49,210 bases of DNA from positions 1-49,210 of IMG/VR virus record IMGVR_UViG_3300033067_000254. The stretch is one strand, 5' to 3'. Under the pieces are notes generated by a model, which was not told where the DNA came from, ran no database searches, and saw only the letters and a program-made list of their open reading frames with translations. Numbering within the stretch: position 1 is the first letter of the stretch; each line of letters starts with the position of its first letter. A program made the position numbers and the translations under genes. Origin of the DNA: a virus (lineage: Duplodnaviria; Caudoviricetes). Shown here piece by piece: positions 8,574 to 17,545 of this stretch.

Positions 8574-10454
8574 TTAGTGAATTGCATACCAGTTTTTACC
8601 AATAGCTCCTTCACCTGCATGTGGGCATTTAATTCCGTAATACTCACCAGCAAGACGGATAGCATCTTCTGAGATACGTTTCACATCTTCGGCAATCTCT
8701 TTACGGCACTCGATTGTGTACTCATCGTGGTACCAACACACAACGCCATAGTCCTTACCCCAGAGATACTTCTTAGAAAGTTCAGCACACAGAATTACGT
8801 ATGCTCGTGCCATGTGGATGGCTTCATCTGATTGCAACAGGTACACTAGCAATTGGTGTTCAGAGGGAACTTTGATCGGTCGTCCATCTAGACCTGTGAT
8901 GGTTCCGTCAAAATATTCCATTCGTTTGAATTGTTGATTATATCTTTGTCGTGCTGTACTTCTCCATTCCTTAGTCAGTCTCTCCATGAGTTCACCAAGT
9001 CCGTCAAGACCTCGGTATAGTTTATCCCGGAGTTCCGCTCCAGAGCCTTGAGGCTTCTTAGCAGTTTTAGCAAGCTTTGTGTCTCCTCCTCCGAAGAGCA
9101 AACAATACATAACGTTCTTTGCAATGTCACGGGACTCAAGGTCACCAGCGACTTTGGTGAGGGTGTGAGGATCAGTGCCATCTTCTTTATTACCGTTTGT
9201 CATAGCATAGATGTACTTTTCATTGTTCATCCGTGCTGCAAGCTGTCTCAGTTGGTTGCCAGCTGAATCGGTACCAACGAGGACCATTCCCTCACTGGAG
9301 GTGAAGATGGAACGCATTTGCTTTCCGTAGAAGCTGGAGGCTTTTGGGATGTTGACGATGTTTCGATGGGTGGCTCGTCCTGTGACTGCAAGAGTGTTAA
9401 CAACGCTCGCAATTCTTCCATCTTCTCGAACAAGCTTGAGTAAACCCTCAATAATTCCACGGCGTTGTCGGCATTGGACTCGTTTAGCGACAAGCTTACC
9501 AATCTTTGATTCAATTCCTTCAAAAGGATCGTCTTTACTGAGTTTAGGACTTGTTCTGTTCCCGTCATCGTCTGTGTTCCATTCTAGTGGTTCCCATCCC
9601 ATAGAGAGAAGGAAGTCTTTGGTCTCTGCGCCAGAGTTTAGGTCAGTAGTTCGGAAGCTAATCCGGCTAAAGCAACCAGCAACGGGCTTACTGCTAGGGT
9701 CAAGATTATTACCAATGCACCAGTTAAGACTGCTTTGGGAATACTCACCTGATTTGAGGAATGGTTTTCTGATGTAATTGTATTCTCCTTTAACTTTAGT
9801 TTCTTCTACCTCTAGGATTTTAGGTAGATGTGGGGTGATGACACGATCAATACGCTCAATCCACTTAGTGAGTTGACGTATGCATTTGTGCATATGCTCT
9901 TGATCTACTAGCCATCCGTATTCTTCCTGCTGTTGCAGATACTCAAAGAGTTCAAAGGACAGCAAGAAAGCATTACGCCACTTACCACCTTTTGCTTCCT
10001 CCATCAGTGCGTTGTACACCAATTCGAGAATCTCTACGTCTTCTGAGCAGCGATGTAACATCTCTTCCGAGAAGTTCTCCCAGTCATCATGATCAGGCTT
10101 GCCACGTCCTACACGATAACCCCATGCTGCAATAGAATGTGGGCCCATTTTCTTGTCAGGAGCGTTGAATGGTACAAGACGTTTAGGGTTGAGTAGTCGA
10201 GACATGATGAGTGTATCAACTTTCTTACCTTTATATTCCCATCCATACAGCCTCTTCAACAACGGCCAGTCATATCCGATACCATTGTGTGCAATAAGAA
10301 CATCAAAGGAACTAAGGTGCTTCAATAAGTCTTGTATCTCAGTAGGTCGGAACTTACGCACCTGTCCTTTAAGCTCTTTAACTACACCGCAATGCACATG
10401 GGTAGCTGTATCCAATAGGCCATTAGCCTCAAGGTCGAAGAATCCTATTTTCAT
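8574..10454 (-). CDS. polA: Family A (T7-like) DNA polymerase with 3'-5' exonuclease
   Basis: ExoI FDLEANG, ExoII HNGIGYD, ExoIII CSEDV; motif A GTDSAGNQLR, motif B RDIAKNVMYCLLFG, motif C WYHDE. Confidence 0.95.
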   Translation of the reverse strand: MKIGFFDLEANGLLDTATHVHCGVVKELKGQVRKFRPTEIQDLLKHLSSFDVLIAHNGIGYDWPLLKRLYGWEYKGKKVDTLIMSRLLNPKRLVPFNAPDKKMGPHSIAAWGYRVGRGKPDHDDWENFSEEMLHRCSEDVEILELVYNALMEEAKGGKWRNAFLLSFELFEYLQQQEEYGWLVDQEHMHKCIRQLTKWIERIDRVITPHLPKILEVEETKVKGEYNYIRKPFLKSGEYSQSSLNWCIGNNLDPSSKPVAGCFSRISFRTTDLNSGAETKDFLLSMGWEPLEWNTDDDGNRTSPKLSKDDPFEGIESKIGKLVAKRVQCRQRRGIIEGLLKLVREDGRIASVVNTLAVTGRATHRNIVNIPKASSFYGKQMRSIFTSSEGMVLVGTDSAGNQLRQLAARMNNEKYIYAMTNGNKEDGTDPHTLTKVAGDLESRDIAKNVMYCLLFGGGDTKLAKTAKKPQGSGAELRDKLYRGLDGLGELMERLTKEWRSTARQRYNQQFKRMEYFDGTITGLDGRPIKVPSEHQLLVYLLQSDEAIHMARAYVILCAELSKKYLWGKDYGVVCWYHDEYTIECRKEIAEDVKRISEDAIRLAGEYYGIKCPHAGEGAIGKNWYAIH

Positions 10455-10608
10455 TGATAATCTTCTCTAGTAGTTCAATCTTATCAGCAGCTTCGTCAAG
10501 AAGATCAGCAATACGATCAGGTTTACCTTCTTCTACCGATTTACGGCCAGGAATCTGTCTGCGAATAGAAGATCGAATACGCAAACGATATATTAACGTG
10601 TCATTCAC
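10429..10608 (-). CDS. Hypothetical 59-aa protein (not in ORF track)
   Basis: Read manually from GTG 10608: MNDTLIYRLRIRSSIRRQIPGRKSVEEGKPDRIADLLDEAADKIE...; overlaps sigma factor stop and polymerase start. Confidence 0.7.
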   Translation of the reverse strand: MNDTLIYRLRIRSSIRRQIPGRKSVEEGKPDRIADLLDEAADKIELLEKIINENRILRP

Positions 10609-11074
10609 TATATAGGTCCTTCAGTTCGTTACGGAATCGCTCAATGATGTGATGACATTTGGAATACGAATGCTCTGTCAACCGCGAAATATCAATAGCA
10701 CGATACCCTTGCTTAAGATGCAATGATAGCACCTCGATTTGAACCTCGCTCTTGGTATCCATAAGCTCATAAATCTCATTCATGATGCGTTCTGGATAGT
10801 GAGGGCAGCTCAAGCTCTCTGCTTCTTCCTCGGTAATCTCAATGTTAGAGTAGCCTTTCTCCTCATTCTTGAGATCACGCAAGGCATTGTTCATAAGCAT
10901 AGAGAACCATTGATCGAAACGATTTACATCGCAACTCTTATGGTAACGCAAAGCACGTTCATATGCTGTCTGAATAATGTCTTCCGCTGCTTCAGGAGTA
11001 CCTGCACGAAAGGTCATACGCTTGATGTAGCGTTGTCTGTTGTCGATGTAATGTCGCTCGATGAATTGATACAT
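10601..11074 (-). CDS. Phage ECF-type RNA polymerase sigma factor
   Basis: Region 2-like AEDIIQTAYERA...FDQWFSMLMNNALRD and region 4 HTH-like C-terminus. Start moved to ATG 11074, directly after the helicase stop. Confidence 0.8.
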   Translation of the reverse strand: MYQFIERHYIDNRQRYIKRMTFRAGTPEAAEDIIQTAYERALRYHKSCDVNRFDQWFSMLMNNALRDLKNEEKGYSNIEITEEEAESLSCPHYPERIMNEIYELMDTKSEVQIEVLSLHLKQGYRAIDISRLTEHSYSKCHHIIERFRNELKDLYSE

Positions 11075-11075
11075 G

Positions 11076-12734
11076 TTAGTTGATTTCGTTAAATAAGCCT
11101 GTTGAGCTGTCCCAATAGAGTTTGTAACGACCTGTCTCGCCAAACTCACGATCTTCTAGCAATACTAGAGTTCGTAGATTGCGTTCTTCAGGTGCGAGAT
11201 TTGGATCTCGATTTCCTTCAAGTCCGAGCATGAGGTTACACGAGCGAGCCATAGCACGGGAGCCAGCAAACTGACTAGACAAGACTTCGCCACCTCGCTC
11301 ATGAGGAGGCCCAGAATCAGGATTACGAAGATGGCAGAAGATAAAGATAACCACATTAAGGTCAAGGGCCATCGCACTAAGCTCTTGAGCAATTTCTTGG
11401 AGTTTAACGTTTGCAATTGCAGCATCCATTCCGTTAGTTAGGTTAGTAATAGGGTCGATGATGATGACCTTACATCCTTCACTAGCAGCAGCACGAATGT
11501 CAGCTTTGAGAGTCTCAAAGCCAACGTGTTGATACAAGTTAAGCATGTACAGATTATCCTGTAGCACCTCACCCGCTTTGTCATACGCCTCATCATCAAA
11601 GGGCTTAGTAGGGTCGTGAAAGAACTTACCTACAAGCTTACCTGCCACGAGTTTGTATGTTTTCTTGTTACTCTCTTCAGGTTTGACAAGAAAGACTTTC
11701 CATCCGTGTTCCTTGATAAAATGTGCTGCAAGGGTGTTAACAATCTCCGACTTACCTTGTTTCTGTCCCGCACCAATATAAATGGTTTCTCCGAGTCGAA
11801 TTCCCCTCGTCGCCTTAGTAATGTGTTCCCAGGGCCACGATACACCGAATGTAGGCGGTTCTTTCGCCGCTTCGTGTAGATCATTGCCAGATACCAATCG
11901 AGTGTTCTTGGGTTTCTGAGCATTGAATTGACACGCATTATATGCAGCCTTAGATCGTCCATCGAGAAGGCACTGATTTGCGTCTTTGGATGGAAGACTT
12001 GCAACCAACGCATCAGGGGCAATACGTAGTACATCCTCTACAGCTTTCTTACCTGGGGCATCATTATCAAAGACAAGAATGATTTCCTTGAAGTGTTTAC
12101 GGATTTCAGGGAGCATCTTAGCAAACTGCTTAGACGCACCACCGGAGCCATTACTTAGAGACACAACAGCAGGATTGTAATCTGCATATTGTGTACCCTT
12201 ATTATGGTCCTTGAAGATTTGAAACAGTGCTACTGCATCACATTCACCCTCTGTGACGAATAGCTTCTTTCCTCCCGTTTGAATGGCTTGTTGCCAGCCG
12301 AAGAAGTCAGCGCCTTTAGTGGAGCCAATGGCCCACATACGTTTATTCTCAATCAGCCGAACTTTATAACCAATCAACTCATCCTCTACATAGTAGGGGT
12401 AATAATGAGTGACAGGTGTAGTACCGTCAGTCTCAGACAGTCCAATCTTAACACCGAAGTATTCAAGATATTCTTGTTTGAGCTTGCGATCAGGAAGGGA
12501 TACAGTTTTATAGGTACCGACCTCCTTGATCTCAGCCTCGATTTCTTCCTTGCTTTTAACTAAGGACTGAGGCTTGTAGCCTTTAGGTTTATCGTGATAA
12601 GGGTCAGCTACATACGTTCCACATGAGAAGCAGAATCCATCGTATGTACCATCTCCTTTATCAAACACCTGAAGACCATTCGCACTGTTGCATTTGTCAG
12701 TGCGATGTGGTAATTTTTCTACGCATTTACTAAT
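11076..12734 (-). CDS. Primase-helicase (T7 gp4-like)
   Basis: N-terminal Zn ribbon (H-x4-C...CFSC), TOPRIM VTEGECDA and FDNDAPG, helicase GAGQKQGKS, IIDPIT and FAGSR. N-terminus extended to an ATT at 12734; the ORF track starts at GTG 12668. Confidence 0.92.
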   Translation of the reverse strand: MSKCVEKLPHRTDKCNSANGLQVFDKGDGTYDGFCFSCGTYVADPYHDKPKGYKPQSLVKSKEEIEAEIKEVGTYKTVSLPDRKLKQEYLEYFGVKIGLSETDGTTPVTHYYPYYVEDELIGYKVRLIENKRMWAIGSTKGADFFGWQQAIQTGGKKLFVTEGECDAVALFQIFKDHNKGTQYADYNPAVVSLSNGSGGASKQFAKMLPEIRKHFKEIILVFDNDAPGKKAVEDVLRIAPDALVASLPSKDANQCLLDGRSKAAYNACQFNAQKPKNTRLVSGNDLHEAAKEPPTFGVSWPWEHITKATRGIRLGETIYIGAGQKQGKSEIVNTLAAHFIKEHGWKVFLVKPEESNKKTYKLVAGKLVGKFFHDPTKPFDDEAYDKAGEVLQDNLYMLNLYQHVGFETLKADIRAAASEGCKVIIIDPITNLTNGMDAAIANVKLQEIAQELSAMALDLNVVIFIFCHLRNPDSGPPHERGGEVLSSQFAGSRAMARSCNLMLGLEGNRDPNLAPEERNLRTLVLLEDREFGETGRYKLYWDSSTGLFNEIN

Positions 12735-12737
12735 AGT

Positions 12738-12959
12738 TCACCTCTTATAGTATTTAGCACTCATAGGCATTCTCAGTGTCTCAACCGATTTGGATTGACA
12801 GTATTTTGGCACAAACTCCGGTGTGCACCACCAAAATTCCTCACGGGCTGTTTGATCAAAATAAGCCCAACCACACAAAAACACATACTTTCGTATGCCA
12901 AACGTACCATTATTGAATACTACAATGTGTGGCTTGAATGGGTTGTAAATATTAATCAT
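12738..12959 (-). CDS. Hypothetical protein
   Basis: 73-aa ORF in operon context. Confidence 0.6.
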   Translation of the reverse strand: MINIYNPFKPHIVVFNNGTFGIRKYVFLCGWAYFDQTAREEFWWCTPEFVPKYCQSKSVETLRMPMSAKYYKR

Positions 12960-13122
12960 GGAGAATCGTTACTGTTGTCATTGCCGCAATAAATGGGGAA
13001 AAGATTCCAATCATTAGTCGAAGAAGAAGATCCCACTTTGTGATATCAAAAGTGGCAGCTATAAAACTTCCGACTAGATAACCTATGAAGCTAACTAGCG
13101 AGAAAATAACTAAGAATCTCAT
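12952..13122 (-). CDS. Small membrane protein, 56 aa (not in ORF track)
   Basis: MRFLVIFSLVSFIGYLVGSFIAATFDITKWDLLLRLMIGIFSPFIAAMTTVTILHD*; two hydrophobic segments; AAGGAG RBS upstream. Confidence 0.7.
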   Translation of the reverse strand: MRFLVIFSLVSFIGYLVGSFIAATFDITKWDLLLRLMIGIFSPFIAAMTTVTILHD

Positions 13123-13124
13123 TA

Positions 13125-13535
13125 TTACTCCTTAATGCCGTGGGCGGCTTCGATGGCTTGAAGTAACGCCACCGCATCTGCTGTGCGATGAAGCCTTGGC
13201 GCAACACGCAAGCACAATTTGGAAAAATCCTCATCCGTCAGCGGCTTGCGCTGTGCTGGTGAAGGTGTGTCACCAAATACCAGAGGCCTTGTCGTAGTCC
13301 ACTGTGGATGAGGTTTTTCTACTGAAACAACAGGGTGTTTTTGATGCCCATCATCTTCGGCAAGACGCCACCACGCCACAGGCTCCTGTTGCTGTGCTAG
13401 CTGCTCTGCCAGTGCTTCTCGTAGGGAGTGGATAGCATCACACGACGAGATACGTCCAAGACCTGCTTCCTCGTACCAAAGAAGCTCGGTTAAAGCCTTC
13501 TTTAAAGCTTCAGTTTGCTTGTTTTGCATACCCAC
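13125..13535 (-). CDS. Hypothetical phage protein
   Basis: Mosaic motifs LREALAEQ...QQEPVAW...RKPLTDE...AIEAAHGIKE, familiar from small accessory phage ORFs. Confidence 0.7.
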   Translation of the reverse strand: MGMQNKQTEALKKALTELLWYEEAGLGRISSCDAIHSLREALAEQLAQQQEPVAWWRLAEDDGHQKHPVVSVEKPHPQWTTTRPLVFGDTPSPAQRKPLTDEDFSKLCLRVAPRLHRTADAVALLQAIEAAHGIKE

Positions 13536-13761
13536 TGCCTTCGCTTTGATAAGGCTTGAAGAACTTCATAATCTTCTGCAATCCATTCATGTTGTAGTTT
13601 GGTAGCTTGTACATCCGTTTCTTGATCGTAGTAATCGTACTGGCAAAGAAGGCTTTATCCTTCTCGTTATCAGCTTTGTCAAAGTTTTGAAATGCAATTT
13701 CCAATTGACCTTGTAACATCAACGATTCTTGCAATGTGTTTGTAACGCCTGATTTACTCAT
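13510..13761 (-). CDS. Hypothetical protein
   Basis: 83-aa ORF with ATGA overlap to the upstream gene. Confidence 0.65.
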   Translation of the reverse strand: MSKSGVTNTLQESLMLQGQLEIAFQNFDKADNEKDKAFFASTITTIKKRMYKLPNYNMNGLQKIMKFFKPYQSEGSGYAKQAN

Positions 13762-13979
13762 TTTGATTCCTTGTGTTTGAAGAGGGAGGGGACTTGCTTC
13801 ATAGCTTTGTTCTGAAGCTTTTCGATTTGAGAGAGAAAATCTTCCATGAACGCAATAGCGTCCATCTGCCCATATGTGAGCACATCAGGGTCGCCTACTG
13901 CCTTGTCAAGTTTGATGCGTGCTTGTCGAACATTAAGGCGTTGGAAGTCTCGAATGTCAACTTCTGAAATACTGCTCAT
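13758..13979 (-). CDS. Hypothetical protein
   Basis: 73-aa ORF with a strong AGGAGGT RBS. Confidence 0.75.
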   Translation of the reverse strand: MSSISEVDIRDFQRLNVRQARIKLDKAVGDPDVLTYGQMDAIAFMEDFLSQIEKLQNKAMKQVPSLFKHKESK

Positions 13980-14005
13980 TATTTACCTCCTGTGGGAAAG
14001 AGCTA

Positions 14006-14779
14006 TTACCGTTGTTGTTTGATTTTTTCGCCAAATTTTGTGAAAATTTCTGCATATTTTTGCAATGTTTCACCGACAAGGCCACAAGCTGTATTAACTT
14101 CAAGCACGTAGTATTTATTACGCTTGGTATTGTAAATCATATCTACTGCACCAAAGTCAAGACCGAGCTGTTTAACAGCCATGATAGCTGCCTGTTTTGC
14201 TTCATCAGGAACAATAACATCTACGTGAGCGTAGATGAAACCGTTACCGTGATTACGTACTTTCCAGTTCACTTTGTCATCGGCAACATCTTTGTTACGT
14301 GCCTTGCGTTGAACGAAAAACACCTCATCACGAAACACATGAAGACGATACTCGTCGGTCTTTGCGATGTACTTCACATACAGCTTAGCGTCATCACTCA
14401 GAGCACTGTTCTCGTCATCTTTATGGACAAGACGGATACCTTCCCCACTATGACCTGTCAGCTTATGCCGTTCCACTACGATAACACCCTTAGCAAGCCA
14501 CTTAGAAGCCTCTTCCTTGGACGTTGTGTACTCGGGAATAGGGCAGTGACCATCAAGGGCTTTAAACGTCTGTAGCTTGTTTGCTGCCTTCTTGATGTTA
14601 TCTGGATGATTGAGGATATGAGGAGCATCAATGTCTCGTTTGACACCAGATGCACCCCAGTTGATGACAGGAACCTTCAGCTTGAGGGCTCGTCCCTTGT
14701 GCTTGATACGTTTAATACCAAGAACTTTGGATAATGCCTTAGCAGATGCACTGTATTCGTTGTATGGATATAGCTTCAC
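14006..14779 (-). CDS. ATP-grasp peptide ligase (RimK/glutathione synthetase-like)
   Basis: AANKLQTF, GHSGEGI, YVKYI, EYRLHVF, GLDFGAVD and VLEVNTACG motifs. Confidence 0.9.
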   Translation of the reverse strand: MKLYPYNEYSASAKALSKVLGIKRIKHKGRALKLKVPVINWGASGVKRDIDAPHILNHPDNIKKAANKLQTFKALDGHCPIPEYTTSKEEASKWLAKGVIVVERHKLTGHSGEGIRLVHKDDENSALSDDAKLYVKYIAKTDEYRLHVFRDEVFFVQRKARNKDVADDKVNWKVRNHGNGFIYAHVDVIVPDEAKQAAIMAVKQLGLDFGAVDMIYNTKRNKYYVLEVNTACGLVGETLQKYAEIFTKFGEKIKQQR

Positions 14780-15087
14780 AATAACTCCTTTGGAATATCT
14801 ACCTCTTCACCCAACTTACTTGCCACATAGCAGCGCATCGCAGCGATCAGGGGTGTTGGGCCCCATGACCGTGCATGGTCAATGCGGTCACAGCCATTGG
14901 AGTATTCGCTGACCCATCGGTCGGGTGTCTGCCGGATAATAGAAATACCTTCCCGCTCAATAATCGGCCCGCCTTGCGCCCAGTCGGTTGAATAGCTTGG
15001 TACGGCTACGGGTTTGTATTCCCCAATAGCCTTCGCCACCGCCCAATCAAGGGCAGCGCCTGTCAGTTCAGATGTTTTGATTTTCAT
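14776..15087 (-). CDS. NinX/DUF2591-like phage protein
   Basis: ELTGAALDWAVA...YSTDWAQGGPIIERE...GPTPLIAAMRCYVASKLG pattern. Confidence 0.8.
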   Translation of the reverse strand: MKIKTSELTGAALDWAVAKAIGEYKPVAVPSYSTDWAQGGPIIEREGISIIRQTPDRWVSEYSNGCDRIDHARSWGPTPLIAAMRCYVASKLGEEVDIPKELL

Positions 15088-16130
15088 TCAAAAATATCAT
15101 CAACTAAAATATCATTTACTCGTAGAGGCTTAGGGGCGGGTAGATCCTCTCTCACATTACGGAAAAACACTTCACCTGGCTGAACACCATCTCGTCCATG
15201 TAAACGCACGATAGCATCTTGCATTTGTTGTTTCAAACGCTGCTCATCACGCTCAAATCGTTTACGGATAGCTTCTTCTTGGCGTTTGATTTCTTCCTGT
15301 AGTTGTCTCTTGCGGTGATCTTCATCAACAAAAGCATAAGGAAGATCAAGAGTAATAGAGAAAGCATATCGAATATCGTTCTCTTCATCCTCATATGAGA
15401 AAAACGGATACGTGTCTTTCAACACAGCTTGCATGAACTCGGAAGGAGTAGTACGAACAAAGAAATCGTGGATATCTTGAGGATCGTGACGAGCTTTTGC
15501 AAACTCACGCAGATTGTAGAGAGCCTTCAACCACGTACTGATGTAAGGTACTTGGAGATTACCTTGCATAGCACGAAATTCCAAGCTGCCGTAGTTGTTA
15601 GTAGCTGCAATATTGATTGAAGCATACTTGGCAGCGTCCTCGTTGAAGTAGCCAAGACCACGTGGACCTTCCTTGAACAAACGCATGATCAGCTCAGATA
15701 ATCCTTCTGCATCTTGCATACGTAGACAGAAACGATTACCGATACGGTCATTGCCACAATACCGAACAAGCACATTCTCCAACAACAGGTATGTGTAGAT
15801 TGTGTTGAGATATTGGTTGAACGTAAGGTTTTGTACGTTCATGTGGACGTGAACACTTGTGCGGAACGAGAAATCAAGCTGTGCTTTGTGCTGAATCTGA
15901 AATTTACTCAGTTCATCGACAGCTTTGATGGCATTGTCGAGAGACAGAGGACGGGCCAGTACCCATTCTGCACGGCTGTGAGGAAATACACCACGCAATG
16001 AACCATCATCGTCGGTACGCCATACATCAGCATGAGGTACAGCCAAGTCCTTGCCCTCGCACTCAATCTCGATACCGAAGTCGCCGTCTTGACGTTTACG
16101 CAGCCGCAAAAGTTCGTACAGTTTTGTCAT
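15084..16130 (-). CDS. Putative amidoligase (COOH-NH2 ligase fold)
   Basis: FGIEIECE, DDGSLR, AEWV, SVHVHMN, KYASIN and SLEFRAMQG motifs. Confidence 0.85.
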   Translation of the reverse strand: MTKLYELLRLRKRQDGDFGIEIECEGKDLAVPHADVWRTDDDGSLRGVFPHSRAEWVLARPLSLDNAIKAVDELSKFQIQHKAQLDFSFRTSVHVHMNVQNLTFNQYLNTIYTYLLLENVLVRYCGNDRIGNRFCLRMQDAEGLSELIMRLFKEGPRGLGYFNEDAAKYASINIAATNNYGSLEFRAMQGNLQVPYISTWLKALYNLREFAKARHDPQDIHDFFVRTTPSEFMQAVLKDTYPFFSYEDEENDIRYAFSITLDLPYAFVDEDHRKRQLQEEIKRQEEAIRKRFERDEQRLKQQMQDAIVRLHGRDGVQPGEVFFRNVREDLPAPKPLRVNDILVDDIFE

Positions 16131-16713
16131 AATGATTCTCCAGCAAGATTTCCAAGAATTGATAATCGGGTTTGAATTGAATACGCTTTACAGAGGACAT
16201 ACGAACAGGAATCGTACCCACTAACTGCTTCTTAAAGAAGATGTTACGTGAAGAGTCCACAGCAAATTGCTTATCAAAAGCACAAGATCCATCCGTTTCT
16301 TTAGCTATACGAATTGCATCACGAAAGGTGGGATATTCAGCAAACAATGCTTGTGCCCAGCTCTTGGTGTTCATGTTACGCACTTGATCATATGCATTGA
16401 TAATCTTATGCATATCTCTGCAGATACTATTAACCTCCGTGTTGTTACGGGTAAGACCAATAGAGAATCGACGAGATGGCCGACGAAACGCATAGAAAGC
16501 ATGTCCACCATGATTGATGAAACCAATACGACCAAGCGTAGGCTTGAAGTCTTTTTGGTTGAACTCAACACGATTGCGGCGTTGTGAATACAAACCTAAG
16601 ACTGTAACTGTCTTGTCATTGTGTACAGTAATAATACGTGCAGGACGATCCTTGTACAAAACAATCGAATCAGCATAAAGCTGACTGATATCTGCTACTG
16701 ACAACTCAGCCAT
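16096..16713 (-). CDS. Hypothetical protein in the ligase cluster
   Basis: 205-aa ORF overlapping both flanking ligase genes. Confidence 0.75.
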   Translation of the reverse strand: MAELSVADISQLYADSIVLYKDRPARIITVHNDKTVTVLGLYSQRRNRVEFNQKDFKPTLGRIGFINHGGHAFYAFRRPSRRFSIGLTRNNTEVNSICRDMHKIINAYDQVRNMNTKSWAQALFAEYPTFRDAIRIAKETDGSCAFDKQFAVDSSRNIFFKKQLVGTIPVRMSSVKRIQFKPDYQFLEILLENHYDKTVRTFAAA

Positions 16714-17497
16714 AGCACACCTCGATACCCTCTGCTTGAACGATTTTCATGGCTTCTTTCTTGTCGCTGTTATTGATGATAGCTTGAATGTCGCCGTATT
16801 TAGCTGACAAGTCGTTGCCCTTCACCAGGTTGTTCATACCATCCAATGTGTTACGATAGACCCAACGCATCAATGCTTCACTCTTCAACCATGCGTTAGA
16901 GAGTGTGCGGTATTCCACACCGTAAGGCTTGAATCGGCAGCAACCTGCCTTACCATACATCTCACGACGCTCTGTGTCACTGTCGTACATAAGGCTAGGC
17001 AAGCCGAGGTAAAAGTCCATTTGCTTGACAGCTGCTTGACCCATGCTGACGTGAGCAGGGTCGTTCACATCTTGGTTGTTCGTCCAACCGATATGGACAT
17101 GGCCCGATGCAGTACGCATAGGACGCTCACCGTTAGGTTTGTGGTTGACAACACCCAGCCAGGCATTGTAGTCAGGGTCACAACCAAGCTCAAGAGCTTC
17201 TCGTGGTTGGTTGGCAATGTAGTCCTTGTCGAAATGTGCAACAGGGACAGTAACGACTTCGTAGTCAGGAACCATCAGCTTCATGGTGTTGAACACATCC
17301 TGTACGTTAATACAGAACTCGTCTTCAGATGCAGCAGGGTCGATGTTAAATTCGAGAGCCATACCGTCCACTTGGACAGCACCTCGATTAACCTTCTGCG
17401 GATTCTTTTTATCACCACGGATCAAACCATAAGCTGATTTGAACACACCATTTTGTTTGACAAACACTTCAGGGTCACAGCCCACAAGAAATTTCAT
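16706..17497 (-). CDS. phiEco32-like COOH-NH2 ligase type 2
   Basis: VGCDPEVF, QVDGMALEFN, LGCDPDYNAW, RTASGHVHIG, RREMYGKAG and KPYGVEYRTLSNAW motifs. Confidence 0.9.
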   Translation of the reverse strand: MKFLVGCDPEVFVKQNGVFKSAYGLIRGDKKNPQKVNRGAVQVDGMALEFNIDPAASEDEFCINVQDVFNTMKLMVPDYEVVTVPVAHFDKDYIANQPREALELGCDPDYNAWLGVVNHKPNGERPMRTASGHVHIGWTNNQDVNDPAHVSMGQAAVKQMDFYLGLPSLMYDSDTERREMYGKAGCCRFKPYGVEYRTLSNAWLKSEALMRWVYRNTLDGMNNLVKGNDLSAKYGDIQAIINNSDKKEAMKIVQAEGIEVCYG

Positions 17498-17545
17498 ATA
17501 AGCCTCGAAAAAGAAAAAAAGGATTGGGACAGGATAGTTACAACA

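Noticed and set aside
1708-10454. Introns or inteins in RNR or DNA polymerase
   Set aside because: Both frames are continuous, of ordinary length, and show no intein or intron signatures.
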